In this document: positions 39,501 through 52,620 of the stretch, one piece after another
Numbering within the stretch: position 1 is the first letter of the stretch
Layout of the letters: each line of letters begins with the position of its first letter
Source: Camelus ferus
Lineage: Eukaryota
Direction: 5' to 3'
Length of the DNA: 64,000 nucleotides
NCBI RefSeq assembly: GCF_009834535.1
Contig: NC_045697.1
Coordinates: 119,290,001-119,354,000 of the forward strand
Notes under the pieces: generated by a model
Told to the model about the DNA's origin: nothing
Database searches by the model: none
Seen by the model: only the letters and a program-made list of their open reading frames with translations
Position numbers and translations under genes: made by a program

Positions 39501-42500
39501 CTACTCCGTTTACAGTGAAAACTGCAGGAACTTCAAACCGGCACTAGGAAACACACTGAGAAACAAGAGTAAATTTTTCTCCTGCAACACTTCCATTTGT
39601 GCTAGATGAATGAACGTCTATCCACATGCCAAATTCTGAGAGATAAATGTGTGTGAAAGCCGTCTTCACCTAACTTGTTGGGAACACAAAGTTTCTTTTC
39701 AGGTGCAAACTCCTCTCCATAAATATATATGGGGAAGGTACTAGCTCCAAATCGGTTTTACAGTGAAAACTGCAGGAACTTCAAACCGGCAGTAGGAAAC
39801 ACACTGAGAAACAAGAGTAAATTTTTCTCCTGCAACCCGTTCCATTTTGGCTAGATGAACGAACGTCTCTCCACATTCTCAGTTCTGAGAGTTAAGTGTG
39901 TGTGAAAGCAGTCCTTCACCTAGCTTGTTGGGAACTCAAAGATTCTTTTCAGGTGCAAACACCACTGCATACATATATATAGTGAAGCACTAGATCCAGC
40001 TCGGTTTTACAGTGAAAACTGCAGGAATTTCAAACCGGCTCTAGGAAAATGAATAAGAACCCAGAGTTAAAATTACTCCTGCAACCCGTTCCCTTGGTGC
40101 TAGATGAACGAAATTCTCTCCACATGCTCAGTTCTGAGAGATAAGTGTGTGTGAAAGCCGTCCTTCACCTAGCTTGTTGGGAACACAAAGTTTCTTTTCA
40201 GGTGCAAATTCCACTACATACATATATATGGGGAGGTACAAGCTCCAATTCCGTTTTACAGTGAAAACTGCAGGAACTTCAAATCGGCACTAGGAAACAG
40301 ATTGAGAAACCACAGTAAAAGTTTCTCCTTCAACCCGTTCCATTTTTGCTGGATGAACGAACGTCTCTCCACATGCTCAGTTCTGAGAGATAAGTGTGTG
40401 TGTAAGCAGAACTTTAACTAGCTTGTTTGGAACACAAAGATTCTTTCCGGTAGCAAATTCCACTCCATACATATATAAGGAGAGGTAGTAGCTCCATCTC
40501 GGTTTTATAGTGAAAACTGCAGGAAACTCAAATCGGCACTAGTAAACAGCATGAGAAACCAGAGTGAATGTTTCTCCTGCAACCCATTCCCTTTTTTCTA
40601 GATGAATGAACGTCTCTCCACATTCCCAGTTCTGAGAGATAAGTGTGTGTGAAATCCGTCCTTCACATAACTTGTTGGGAACACAAAGTTTCTTTTCAGG
40701 TGCTAAAAACTATCCATACATATATATGGGGAGGTATTAGCTCCAACTCGGTTTTACAGTGAAAGCTGCAGGAACTTCAAACCAGCACTAGGAAACAGAC
40801 TGAGAATGCAGAGTAAAGATTATACTGCAACCCATTCCAATTGTGCTAGATGAACGAACATCTCTACACATGCCCAGTTCTGAGATATAAGTTTGTGTGT
40901 AAGCAGTCTTTAACTACCTTGTTGGGAACACAAAGTTTCTTTTAAGTAGCAAACTCAACTACATACATATATAAGGGGAGGTACAAGCTCCATCTCGGTT
41001 TAACAGTGAAAACTCCAGGAACCTCAAATCGGCACTAGGAAACAGACTGATATACGAGAGTAAAGTTTATCCTGCAACCCGTTCCATTTTTTCTAGATTA
41101 ACGAACGACACTCCACATGCTAGGTTCTGAGAGAAAAGTGTTTGTGAAAGCCGTCCTTCAACTAGTTTGTTGGGAACACAAATTTTCTTTTCAGGTGCAA
41201 TATACACTCCATACATATATATGGGGAGGTACTAGCTCCAACTCGGTTTTGCACTGAAAACTGCAGGAATTTCAAACCGGCACTAGGAAACAGACTGAGA
41301 AACCAGAGTAAAATTTCTCCTGCAACCCGTTCCCTTTATGCTAGATGAACGAACGTCTCTCCTCATGCTCAGTTCTGAGAGATATATGTGTGTGAAAGCC
41401 GTTCTTCACCTAGCTTGTTGGGAACACAAAGTTTCTTTACAGTTTCAATTGCCACTCCATACATATATATGGGGAGGTATTAGCTCCAACTCGGTTTTAC
41501 AGTGAAAACGCAGGTATTTCAAATCGGCTTTAGGAAACAGACTCAGAAACGAGAGTAAAAGTTTCTCCTGCAAACTGTTCCTTTTGTGCTAGATGAACGA
41601 ACGTCTCCTCAATGCTCAGTTCTGAGAGATAACTGTGTGTGAATGCCGTCCTTCACATAACTTGTTGGGAACAAAATGTTTCTTTTCTGGTGGAATCTCC
41701 ACTCCATACATATATATGGGGAAGTATTAGCTCCAACTCTGTTTTACAATGAAAACTGCAGGAAAAACAAACCGGCACTAGGAAACATACTGAGAAACCA
41801 GAGAAAACTTTCCCCTGCAACCCATTCCCTTTGTGCTAGATAAACGAGCGTCTCTCCACATGCTCAGTTCTGAGAGATAAGTGTGTGTGAACGGAGTCCT
41901 TCAACTAACTTGTTGGGAAAACTAAGTTCGTTTTCAAATTCTAACATCAAACCATACATATATATGGGGAGGTACTAGATATAACTCTGTTTTACAGTGA
42001 AATCTGCAGGAACTTCAAACCGTCACTATGAAAAAGACTGAGAAACTAGATTAAAATTTTTTCCTGCAACCCGTTCCCTTGGTGCTAAATGAAGGAACGC
42101 CTCTCCACATGCTCAGTTCTGAGAGATAAGTGTGTGTGAAAGCCGTATTCACGTAGCTTGTTGGGAAAACAAAGTTTGTTTTCAGTTTCATACTCCACTC
42201 CATAAATATATATGGGGAGGTACTAGCTCCAACTCGGTTTAATAGTGAAAATTGCAGGAACTCCAACCCGGCTCTAGGAAACAGACTGAGAAACCAGAGA
42301 AAAGTTTATACTGCAGACCATTCCCATTGTGCTAGATGAACGAACGTCTCTCCACATGCTCAGTTCTGAGTGATAAGTGTGTGTGAAATCCGTCCTTCAA
42401 CTAGCTTGTTGGGAACGCAAATTTTCTTTTCAGGTGCAAACACCACTCCATACATTTATATGGGTAGGCACTAGTTTCAACTCGGTTTTACAGTGAAAAC

Positions 42501-45500
42501 TGTAGGAACTTCAAACCGGCACTAGGAAACAGACTGAGGTACCAGAGTAAAATTTTCTCCTGCAACCCCTTCCTTTGTGCTAGATGAACGAACGTTTCTC
42601 CACAAGCTCAGTTCTGAGAGATAAGTGTGTGTGAAAGCCGTTCTTCACCTAGCTTGTTGGGAACACAAAGATTCTTTTCAGGTGCAAACAACAATATTTA
42701 CATATATATGGGGAGGTATTAGCTCCAACTCGGTTTTACAGTGAAAACAGAAGGAAATTCAAAAGGGCAGTAGGAAACAGACTGTGAAACCAGAGTAAAA
42801 GTTTCCCCTGCAACACGTTCCCTTGTTGCTAGATGAACGAACGTCTCTCCACATGCTCAGTTCTGAGATACAATTGTGTCTGAAAGCCGTCCTTCACCTA
42901 GCATGTTGGGAACACAAAGTTTCTTTTCTGTTTCAAAATCCACTCCATATATATATATGGGGAGGTACTAGCTCCAACTAGGTTTTACAGTGAAAACTAC
43001 AGAAACTTCAAACCGGCATTAGGAAACAGACTGATAAACCACAGTAAAAATTTCTCCTGCAACCCGTTCCATTTGTGCTAGATGAACGAACGTCTCTCCA
43101 CATGCTCATTTCTGAGAGATAAGTGTGTGTGTAAGCAGTCCTTTAACTAGCTTGTTGGGAACACAAAGTTTCTTTTGAGTAGCAAACTCCACTCCATACA
43201 TATATGAGGAGAGGTACTGGCTCCATCTCGGTTTTACAGTGAAAACTGCAGGAAACTCTAATCGGAACTAGGAAAAAGCTTGAGAACCAGAGTAAAATTT
43301 CTCCTGCAACCAGTTCCCTTTTTTTGCTAGAAGAACGATCGACACTCCACATGCTAGGTTCTGAGAGATAAGTCTGTGTGAAACCCGTCCTTCACCTAGC
43401 TTGTTGGGAACACAAAGATTCTTTTCAGTTTCTAACTCCACTCCATATATTTTTATGGGGAGGTACTAACTCCAACTCTGTTTTACAGTGAAAACTGCAG
43501 GATCTTCAAACCAGCACTAGGAAACATACTGAGAAAACCGAGTAAAACTTTCTCCTGCAACCCCTTCCATTTGTGCTAGATGAACGAACGTAACTCCACA
43601 ATCTCAGTTCTGAGAGATAAGTGTGTGTGAAAGCCGTCCTTCACCTTGTTTGTTTGGAACACAAAGATCCTTTTCAGTTCTAACTCCACTCCATACATAT
43701 ATATTGGGAGGTACTATTTCCTACTCCGTTTTACAGGGAAAACTGCAGGAAATTCATTACGGCACTAGGAAATAGACTGAGAAACCAGAGTAAAGTTTCT
43801 CCTGCAAGCCGTTCCTTTTGTGCTAGATGAACGAAAGTCTCTCCAATTGCTCAGATCTGAGATATAAGTGTGTGCCAATGCCGTCCTTCACATAGGTTGT
43901 TGGGTAAAACAAAGTTTTTTTTCAGTAGCAAACTCCAATCCATACATATATATTGGGGGGGAATAGTTCCTACTCTGTTTACAGTGAAAACTGCAGGAAC
44001 TTCAATCCGGCACTAGGAAACACACTGAGAAACAAGACTAAATTTTTCTCCTGCAACCCTTCCATTTGTGCTAGATGAACGAACGTCTATCCACATGCCA
44101 AATTCTGAGAGATAAATGTGTGTGAAAGCCGTTCTTCACCTAACTTGTTGGGAACACAAAGTTTCTTTTCAGGTGCAAACTCCTCTCCATAAATATATAT
44201 GGGGAAGTACTAGCTCCAAATCGGTTTTACAGTGAAAACTGCAGGAACTTCAAACCGGCAGTAGGAAACAGACTGAGTAACCAGAGTAAAAGTTTCTCCT
44301 GCAACCCGTTCCATTTTAGCTAGATGAAACGAACGTCTCTCCACATTCTCAGTTCTGAGAGTTAAGTGTGTGTGAAAGCAGTCCTTCACCTAGCTTGTTG
44401 GGAACACAAAGATTCTTTTCAGGTGGCAAACACCACTGCATACATATATATAGTGAAGCACTGATCCAGCTCGGTTTTACAGTGAAAACTGCAGGAATTT
44501 CAACCGGCTCTAAGAAAATGAATAAGAACCCCAGAGTTTAAAAAATTACTCCTGCAACCCGTTCCTTGGTGCTAGATGAACGAAATTCTCCACATGCTCA
44601 TTTCAGAGAGATAAGTGTGTGTGAAAGCCGTCCTTCACCTAGCTTGTGGGGAACAAAGTTTCTTTTCAGGGCAATTCCACTAATACATATATATGGGGAG
44701 GTACAAGCTCCAATTCCGTTTTACAGTGAAAACTGCAGGAACTTCAAATCGGACTAGGAAACAGATTGAGAAACCACAGTAAAAGTTTCCCTTCAACCCG
44801 TTCCATTTTTGCTGGAGGAACGAACGTCTCTCCACAGGCTCAGTTCTGAGAGATAGTGTTGTGTGTAAGCGAACTTTAACTAGCTTGTTTGGAACACAAA
44901 GTTCTTTCCGGTAGCAAATTCCACTCCATACATATAAGGAGAGGTAGTAGCTCATCTCGGTTTTATAGCGAAAACTGCAGGAAAGTCAAATCGGCACTAG
45001 TAACAGCATGAGAAACCAAGTGAATGTTTCTCCTGCAACCCATTCCCTTTTTTCTAGATGAATGAACGTCTCTCCACATTCCCAGTTATGAGAGATAAGT
45101 GTGTGTGAAATCCGTCCTTCACATAACTTGTTGGGAACACAAAGTTTCTTTTCAGGTGCTAAAACTATCCATACATATATATGGGGAGGTATTAGCTCCC
45201 AACTCGGTTTACAGTGAAAGCTTGCAGGAACTTCAAACCAGCACTAGGAAACGACTGAGAATGCAGAGTTAAAGATTATACGCAACCCATTCCAATTGTG
45301 CTAGATGAACGAACATCTCTACACATGCCCAGTTCTGAGATATAAGTTTGTGTGTAAGCAGTCTTTAAACTACCTTGTTGGGAACACAAGTTTCTTTAAG
45401 TAGCAAACTCAACTACATACATATATAAGGGGAGGTACAAGCTCCATCTCGGTTAACAGTGAAAACTCCAGGAACCTCAAATCGGCACTAGGAAACAGAC

Positions 45501-47755
45501 TGATATACGAGAGTAAAGTTTATCCTGCACCCGTTCCATTTTTTCTAGATTAACGAACGACACTCCACATGCTAGGTTCTGAGAGAAAAGTGTTTGTGAA
45601 AGCCGTCCTTCAACTAGTTTGTTGGGAACACAAATTTTCTTTTCAGGTGCAATATACACTCCATACATATATAGGGGAGGTACTAGCTCCAACTCGGTTT
45701 TGCACTGAAAAACTGCAGGAATTTCAAACCGGCACTAGGAAACAGACTGAGAACCAGAGTAAAATTTCTCCTGCAACCCGTTCCCTTTATGCTAGATGAA
45801 CGAACGTCTCTCCTCATGCTCAGTTCTGAGAGATATATGTGTGTGAATGAAGCCGTTCTTCACCTAGCTTGTTGGGAACACAAAGTTTCTTACAGTTTCA
45901 ATTGCCACTCCATACATATATATGGGGAGGTATAGCTCCAACTCGGTTTTACAGTGAAAACGCAGGTATTTCAAATCGGCTTTAGGAAAACAGACTCAGA
46001 AACGAGAGTAAAAAGTTTCTCCTGCAAACTGTTCCTTTTGTGCTAGATGAACGAACGTCTCCTCAAATGCTCAGTTCTGAGAGATAACTGTGTGTGATGC
46101 CGTCCTTCACATAACTTGTTTGGAACAAATGTTTCTTTTCTGGTGGAATCTCCACTCCATACATATATAGGGGGAAGTATTAGCTCCAACTCTGTTTTAC
46201 AATGAAAACTGCCAGGAAAAACAAACCGGCACTAGGAAACATACTGAGAAACCAGAGAAAACTTTCCCCTGCAACCCATTCCCTTTGTGCTAGATAAACG
46301 AGCGTCTCTCCACATGCTCAGTTCTGAGAGATAAGGTGTTGTGAACGGAGTCCTTCAACTAACTTGTTGGAAACTAAGTTCGTTTTCAAATTCTAACATC
46401 ACACCATACATATATATGGGGAGGTACTAGCTATAACTCTGTTTTACAGTGAAATCTGCAGGAACTTCAAACCGTCACTATGAAAAGACTGAGAAACTAG
46501 ATTAAAATTTTTCCTGCAACCCGTTCCCTTGGTGCTAAATGAAGGAACGCCTCTCCACATGCTCAGTTCTGAGAGATAAGTGTGTGTGAAAGCCGTATTC
46601 ACGTAGCTTGTTGGGAAAACAAAGTTTGTTTTCAGTTTCATACTCCACTCCATAAATATATATGGGGAGGGTACTAGCTCCAACTCGTTTAATAGTGAAA
46701 ATTGCAGGAACTCCAACCCGGCTAAAGGAAACAGACTGAGAAACCAGAGAAAGTTTATACTGCAGACCATTCCCATTGTGCTAGATGAACGAACGTCTCT
46801 CCACATGCTCAGTTCTGAGTGATAAGTGTGTGTGAAATCCGTCCTTCAACTAGCTTGTTGGGAACGCAAATTTTCTTTTCAGGGTGCAAACACCACTCCA
46901 TACATTATATGGGTAGGCACTAGTTCAACTCGGTTTACAGTGAAAACTGTAGGAACTTCAAACCGGCACTAGGAAACAGACTGAGGTACCAGAGTAAAAT
47001 TTTCTCCTGCAACCCTTCCTTTGTGCTAGATGAACGAACGTTTCTCCACAAGCTCAGTTCTGAGAGATAAGTGTGTGTGAAAGCGTCTCACCTAGCTTTG
47101 TGGGAACACAAAGATTCTTTTCAGGTGCAAACAACAATATTTACATATATATGGGGAGGTATTAGCTCCAACTCGGTTTTTACAGTGAAAACAGAAGGAA
47201 ATTCAAAACGGCAGTAGAAACCAGACTGTGAAAACCAGAGATTAAACGTTTCCCTGCAACACGTTCCCTTGTTGCTAGATGAACGAACGTCTCTCCACAT
47301 GCTCAGTTCTGAGATACAATTGGGTCTGAAAGCCGTCCTTCACCTAGCATGTTGGGAACACAAAAGTTCTTTTCTGTTTCAAACATCCACTCCATATATA
47401 TATATGGGGAGGTAACTAGCTCCAACTAGGTTTTACAGTGAAAACTACAGAAAACTTCAAACCGGCATTAGGAAACAGACTGAAACCACAGTAAAAATTT
47501 CTCCTGCAACCCGTTCCATTTGTGCTAGATGAACAAACGTCTCTCCACATGCTCATTTCTGAGAGATAAGTGTGTGTGTAAGCAGTCCTTTAACTAGCTT
47601 GTTTGGGAACACAAAGTTTCTTTTGAGTAGCAAACTCCACTCCATACATATTGAGGAGAGGTACTGGCTCCATCTCGTTTTTACAGTGAAAACTGCAGGA
47701 AACTCTAATCGGAACTAGGAAAAAGCTGAGAAACCAGAGTAAATTTCTCCTGCAA
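36520..47755 (+). repeat. Higher-order repeat: ~2.6 tandem copies of a 17/18-monomer (4.22-4.47 kb) unit
   Basis: gaggtacc is at 38317, 42536 and 46983 (4219 and 4447 bp apart). Paralogous ORFs are at 37832/42051 (4219) and 38675/43143 (4468). Confidence 0.88.
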
Positions 47756-47855
47756 NNNNNNNNNNNNNNNNNNNNNNNNNNNNNNNNNNNNNNNNNNNNN
47801 NNNNNNNNNNNNNNNNNNNNNNNNNNNNNNNNNNNNNNNNNNNNNNNNNNNNNNN
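47756..47855. other. Assembly gap (exactly 100 N)
   Basis: Run of 100 n. A round 100-N run is the usual placeholder for a gap of unknown length. The satellite continues in the same orientation on both sides. Confidence 0.98.
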
Positions 47856-50800
47856 AAACAAGAGTAAATTTTTCTCTCCTGCAACCCGTTCCATTTTGCT
47901 AGATGAACGAACGTCTCTCCACATTCTCAGTTCTGAGAGTTAAGTGTGTGTGAAAGCAGTCCTTCACCTAGCTTGTTGGGAACTCAAAGATTCTTTTCAG
48001 GTGCAAACACCACTGCATACATATATAAAGTGAAGCACTAGATCCAGCTCGGTTTTACAGTGAAAACTGCAGGAATTTCAAACCGGCTCTAGGAAAAAGA
48101 ATAAGAACCCAGAGTTAAAATTACTCCTGCAACCCGTTCCCTTGGTGCTAGATGAACGAAATTCTCTCCACATGCTCAGTTCTGAGAGATAATTGTGTGT
48201 GAAAGCCGTCCTTCATCTAGCTTGTTGGGAACACAAAGTTTCTTTTCAGGTGCAAATTCCACTACATACATATATATGGGGAGGTACTAGCTCCAATTCG
48301 GTTTTACGGTGAAAACTGCAGGAACTTCAAACCGGCACTAGGAAACACACTGAGAAACCACAGTAAAAGTTTCTCCTTCAACTCGTTCCATTTGTGCTAG
48401 ATGAACGAACGTCTCTCCACATGCTCAGTTCTGAGAGATAATTGTGTGTGTAAGCAGTCCTTTAACTAGCTTGTTTGGAACAAAAAGTTTCTTTTCTGTA
48501 GCAAACTCCACTCCATACATATATAAGGAGAGGTTGTAGCTCCATCTCGGTTTTATAGTGAAAACTGCAGGAAACTCAAATCGGCACTAGTAAACAGCAT
48601 GAGAAACCAGAGTGAATGTTTCTCCTGCAACCCATTCCCTTTTTTCTAGATGAATGAACGTCTCTCCAAATTCCCAGTTCTGAGTGATAAGCGTGTGTGA
48701 AAGCCGTCCTTCACATAACTTGTTGGGAACACAAAGATTCTTATCAGGTGCAAACCCCAATCCATACATATATATGGGGAGGTACTAGCTCCAACTCGGT
48801 TTTACAGTGAAAACTGCAGGAACTTCAAACCGGCACTAGGAAAGAGACGGAGAAACCAGAGTAAAAGTTTATTCTGCAACCCGTTCCCTTGGTGCTAGAT
48901 GAACGAACGTCTCTCCACATGCTCAGTTCTGAGATATAATTGTGTCTGAAAGCCGTCCTTCACATAGCATGTTGGGAACACAAAGTTTCTTTTCAGTTTC
49001 AAACTCCACTCCATACATATATATGGGGAGGTACTAGCTCCAACTCGGCTTTACAATGAAAACTGCAGGAACTTAAAACCGGCACTAGGAAACAGACTGA
49101 GAGACCAGAGTAAAAGTTGCACCTGCAAGCCGTTCCTTTTGTGCTAGATGAACGAAAGTCTCTCCACTTGCTCAGTTCTGAGAGATAAGTGGGTGCGAAA
49201 GCCGTCCTTCACCTACGTTGTTGGGAACTCAAATTTTCTTTTCAGTAGCAAACTCCAATCCATACATATATATTGGGAGGTAATAGATCCTACTCCGTTT
49301 TACAGTGAAAATTGCAGGAAATTCAAACCGGCACTAGAAAATAGACTGAGAAAACGGAGTAATGTTTCTCCTGCAACACGTTACTTTTGTGCTAGATGAA
49401 CGAACGTCTATCCACATGTTGAGTTCCGAGAGATAAGTGGGTTTGAAAGCCGTACTGCTCCTAGCCTGTTGGGAACACAAAGATTCTTTTCAGTTTCAAA
49501 CACCACTATTTAAATATATATAGGGAGATACTATCTCCAAATCTTTTTTAAAGTGAAAACTGCAGGAACTTCAAACCGGCAGTAGGAAACAGACTGAGAA
49601 ACCAGAGTAAATGTTTCTAATGCAACACTTCTATTTGTGCTAGATGAACGAACTTCTCTCCACATGCTCAGTTCTGAGAGATATGTGTGTTGAAAGCGTC
49701 CTTCACCTAGCTTGTTGGGAACACAAAGATTCTTTTCAGATTCAAACTCCACTCCATATATTTATATGGGGAGTTACTACCTCCAACTCGGTTTTACAGT
49801 GAAAACTGTAGGAATTTCAAACCGGCACTAGGAAACAGACTGAGAAACCAGAGTAAAATTTTGTACTGCAAACAGTTCCCATTGTGCTAGATGAACGAAC
49901 GTCTCACCACATGCTCAGTTCTGAGTGATAAGTGTGTGTGATAGTCGTCTTTAAGTAGCTTGTTCGGAACACAGAATTTCTTTTCAGGTGCAAACTCCAC
50001 TCCATACATATATATGGGGAGGTACTAAATCCAACTCTATTTTACAGTGATGACTGCAGGAACTTCAAACCGGCAATAGGAAACAGACTGAGAACCCAGA
50101 CTAAAAGTTTCACCTGCAAACCGTTACCTTTGTGCTAGATGAATGAACGTCTCTCCACATGCCCAGTTCTGAGACATAAGTGTGTGTGAAAGCCATACTT
50201 CATATAACTTGTTGGGAACACAAAGTTTCTTTTCAGCTGCAAACCCCAATCCATACATATATATGGTGAGGTACTAGCTCCAACTCGGTTTTACAGTGAA
50301 AACTGCAGGAACTTCAAACCGGCACTAGGAAACAGAATAAGAACCAGAGTTAAAATTTCTCCTGCAACCCATTCCCTTGGTGCTAGATGAACGAAACTCA
50401 CCACATGCTCAGTTCTGAGAGATAAGTGTGTGTGAAAGCTGTCCTTCACCTAGCTTGTTGGGAACACATATTTTCTTTTCAGGTGCAAATCCCACTCCAT
50501 ACATATATATGGTGAGGTAAAAGCTCCAACTCGGTTTTACAGTGAAAACTGCAGGAACTTCAAACCGGCACTAGGAAACAGACTGAGAAACCAGAGTAAA
50601 AGATTCTCCTGCAACCCGTTCACTTTGTGCTAGATGAATGAACGTCTCTCCACATGCTCAGTTCTGAGATATAAGTGTGTGTGAAAGCCGTCCTTCACCT
50701 AGCTTGCTGGGAACACAAAGTTTCTTTTCAGTAGCAAACTCCACTCCATATATATATATGGGGAGGTACTATCTCCATCTCTGTTTTACAGTGAAAACTG

Positions 50801-52620
50801 CATGATCCTCAAAACGGCACTAGGAAACAGACTGAGAAACCAGAGTAAAATTTCTCCTGCTACCCGTTCCCTTTTTGCTAGATGAACGAACGACACTCCA
50901 CATGCTAGATACTGAGAGATAAGTGTGTGTGAAAGCCGTCCTTCACCTAGCTTGTTGGGAACACAAAGTTTCTTTTCAGTTTCAAACTCCACTCCATATA
51001 TTTATATGGTGAGGTACTAGCTCCAACTCGGTTTTACAGTGAAAGCTGCAGGAACTTCAAACCGGCACTAGGAAACAGACTGAGAATGCAGAGTAAAAGA
51101 TTATACTGCAACCCATTCCAATTGTGCAAGATGAACGAACGTCTCTACACTTGCCCAGTTCTGAGATATAAGTTGTGTGTAAGCAGTCTTTAACTACCTT
51201 GTTGGGAACACAAAGTTTCTGTTAAGTAGCAAACTCAACTACATACATATATAAGGGGAGGTACAAGCTCCATCTCGGTTTAACAGTGAAAACTCCAGGA
51301 ACCTCAAATCAGCACTAGGAAACAGACTGATATACGAGAGTAAAGTTTATCCTGCAACCCGTTCCATTTTTTCTAGATTAACGAACGACACTCCACATGC
51401 TAGGTTCTGAGAGATAAGTGTTTGTGAAAGCCGTCCTTCAACTAGTTTGTTGGGAACACAAATTTTCTTTTCAGGTGCAATATACACTCCATACATATAT
51501 ATGGGGTGGTACTAGCTCCAACTCGGTTTTGCACTGAAAACTGCAGGAATTTCAAACCGGCACTAGGAAACAGATTGAGAATCCAGAGTAAAATTTCTCC
51601 TGCAAACTGTTCCCTTTATGCTAGATGAACGAACGTCTCTCCTCATGCTCAGTTCTGAGAGATATATGTGTGTGAAAGCCGTTCTTCACCTAGCTTGTTT
51701 GGAACACAAAGTTTCTTTTCAGTTTCAATTGGCACTCCATACATATATATGGGGAGGTATTAGTTCCAACTCGGTTTTACAGTGAAAACGCAGGTATTTC
51801 AAATCGGCTTTAGGAAACAGACTCAGAAACGAGAGTAAAAGTTTCTCCTGCAAACTGTTCCTTTTGTGCTAGATGAACGAACGTCTCCTCAATGCTCAGT
51901 TCTGAGAGATAACTGTGTGTGAATGCCGTCCTTCACATAACTTGTTGGGAACAAAATGTTTCTTTTCTGGTGGAATCTCCACTCCATACATATATATGGG
52001 GAAGTATTAGCTCCAACTCTGTTTTACAATGAAAACTGCAGGAAAAACAAACCGGCACTAGGAAACATACTGAGAAACCAGAGAAAACTTTCCCCTGCAA
52101 CCCATTCCCTTTGTGCTAGATAAACGAGCGTCTCTCCACATGCTCATTTCTGAGAGATTAGTGTGTGTGAACGGAGTCCTTCAACTAACTTGTTGGGAAC
52201 ACTAAGTTCGTTTTCAAATTCTAACACCACACCATACATATATATGGGGAGGTACTAGCTATAACTCTGCTTTACAGTGAAATCTGCAGGAACTTCATAC
52301 CGTCACTATGAAAAAGACTGAGAAACCAGATTAAAAGTTTTTCCTGCAACCCGTTCCCTTGGTGCTAAATGAAGGAACGCCTCTCCACATGCTCAGTTCT
52401 GAGAGATAAGTGTGTGTGAAAGCCGTATTCACGTAGCTTGTTGGGAAAACAAAGTTTGTTTTCAGTTTCATACTCCACTACAAAAATATATATGGGGAGG
52501 TACTAGCTCCAACTCGGTTTAATAGTGAAAATTGCAGGAACTCCAACCCGGCTCTAGGAAACAGACTGAGAAACCAGAGTAAAAGTTTATACTGCAAACC
52601 GTTCCCATTGTGCTAGATGA
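47856..52620 (+). repeat. Dispersed ~19-monomer block paralogous to ~33.6-38.1 kb
   Basis: The same ordered variants occur in both blocks: gttgcacc (34862/49116), ttgtactgca, gatgactgcagg, catgatcctc, tgagaatgca, gcactgaaaa and tataactctg. ORFs 34894 and 49148 are nearly identical. Confidence 0.85.

Larger units (their letters stand above)
1..47755 (+). repeat. Tandem satellite DNA array, ~249-bp monomer (about 192 copies), left of the gap
   Basis: The motifs ttttacagtgaaaactgcagg, gctagatgaacgaa, ctcagttctgagagataag, ttgttgggaacacaaag and ccatacatatatatggggag recur in fixed order every ~248-249 bp. There is no unique sequence and no strand switch. A PstI site (ctgcag) occurs in most monomers. 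Confidence 0.99.
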
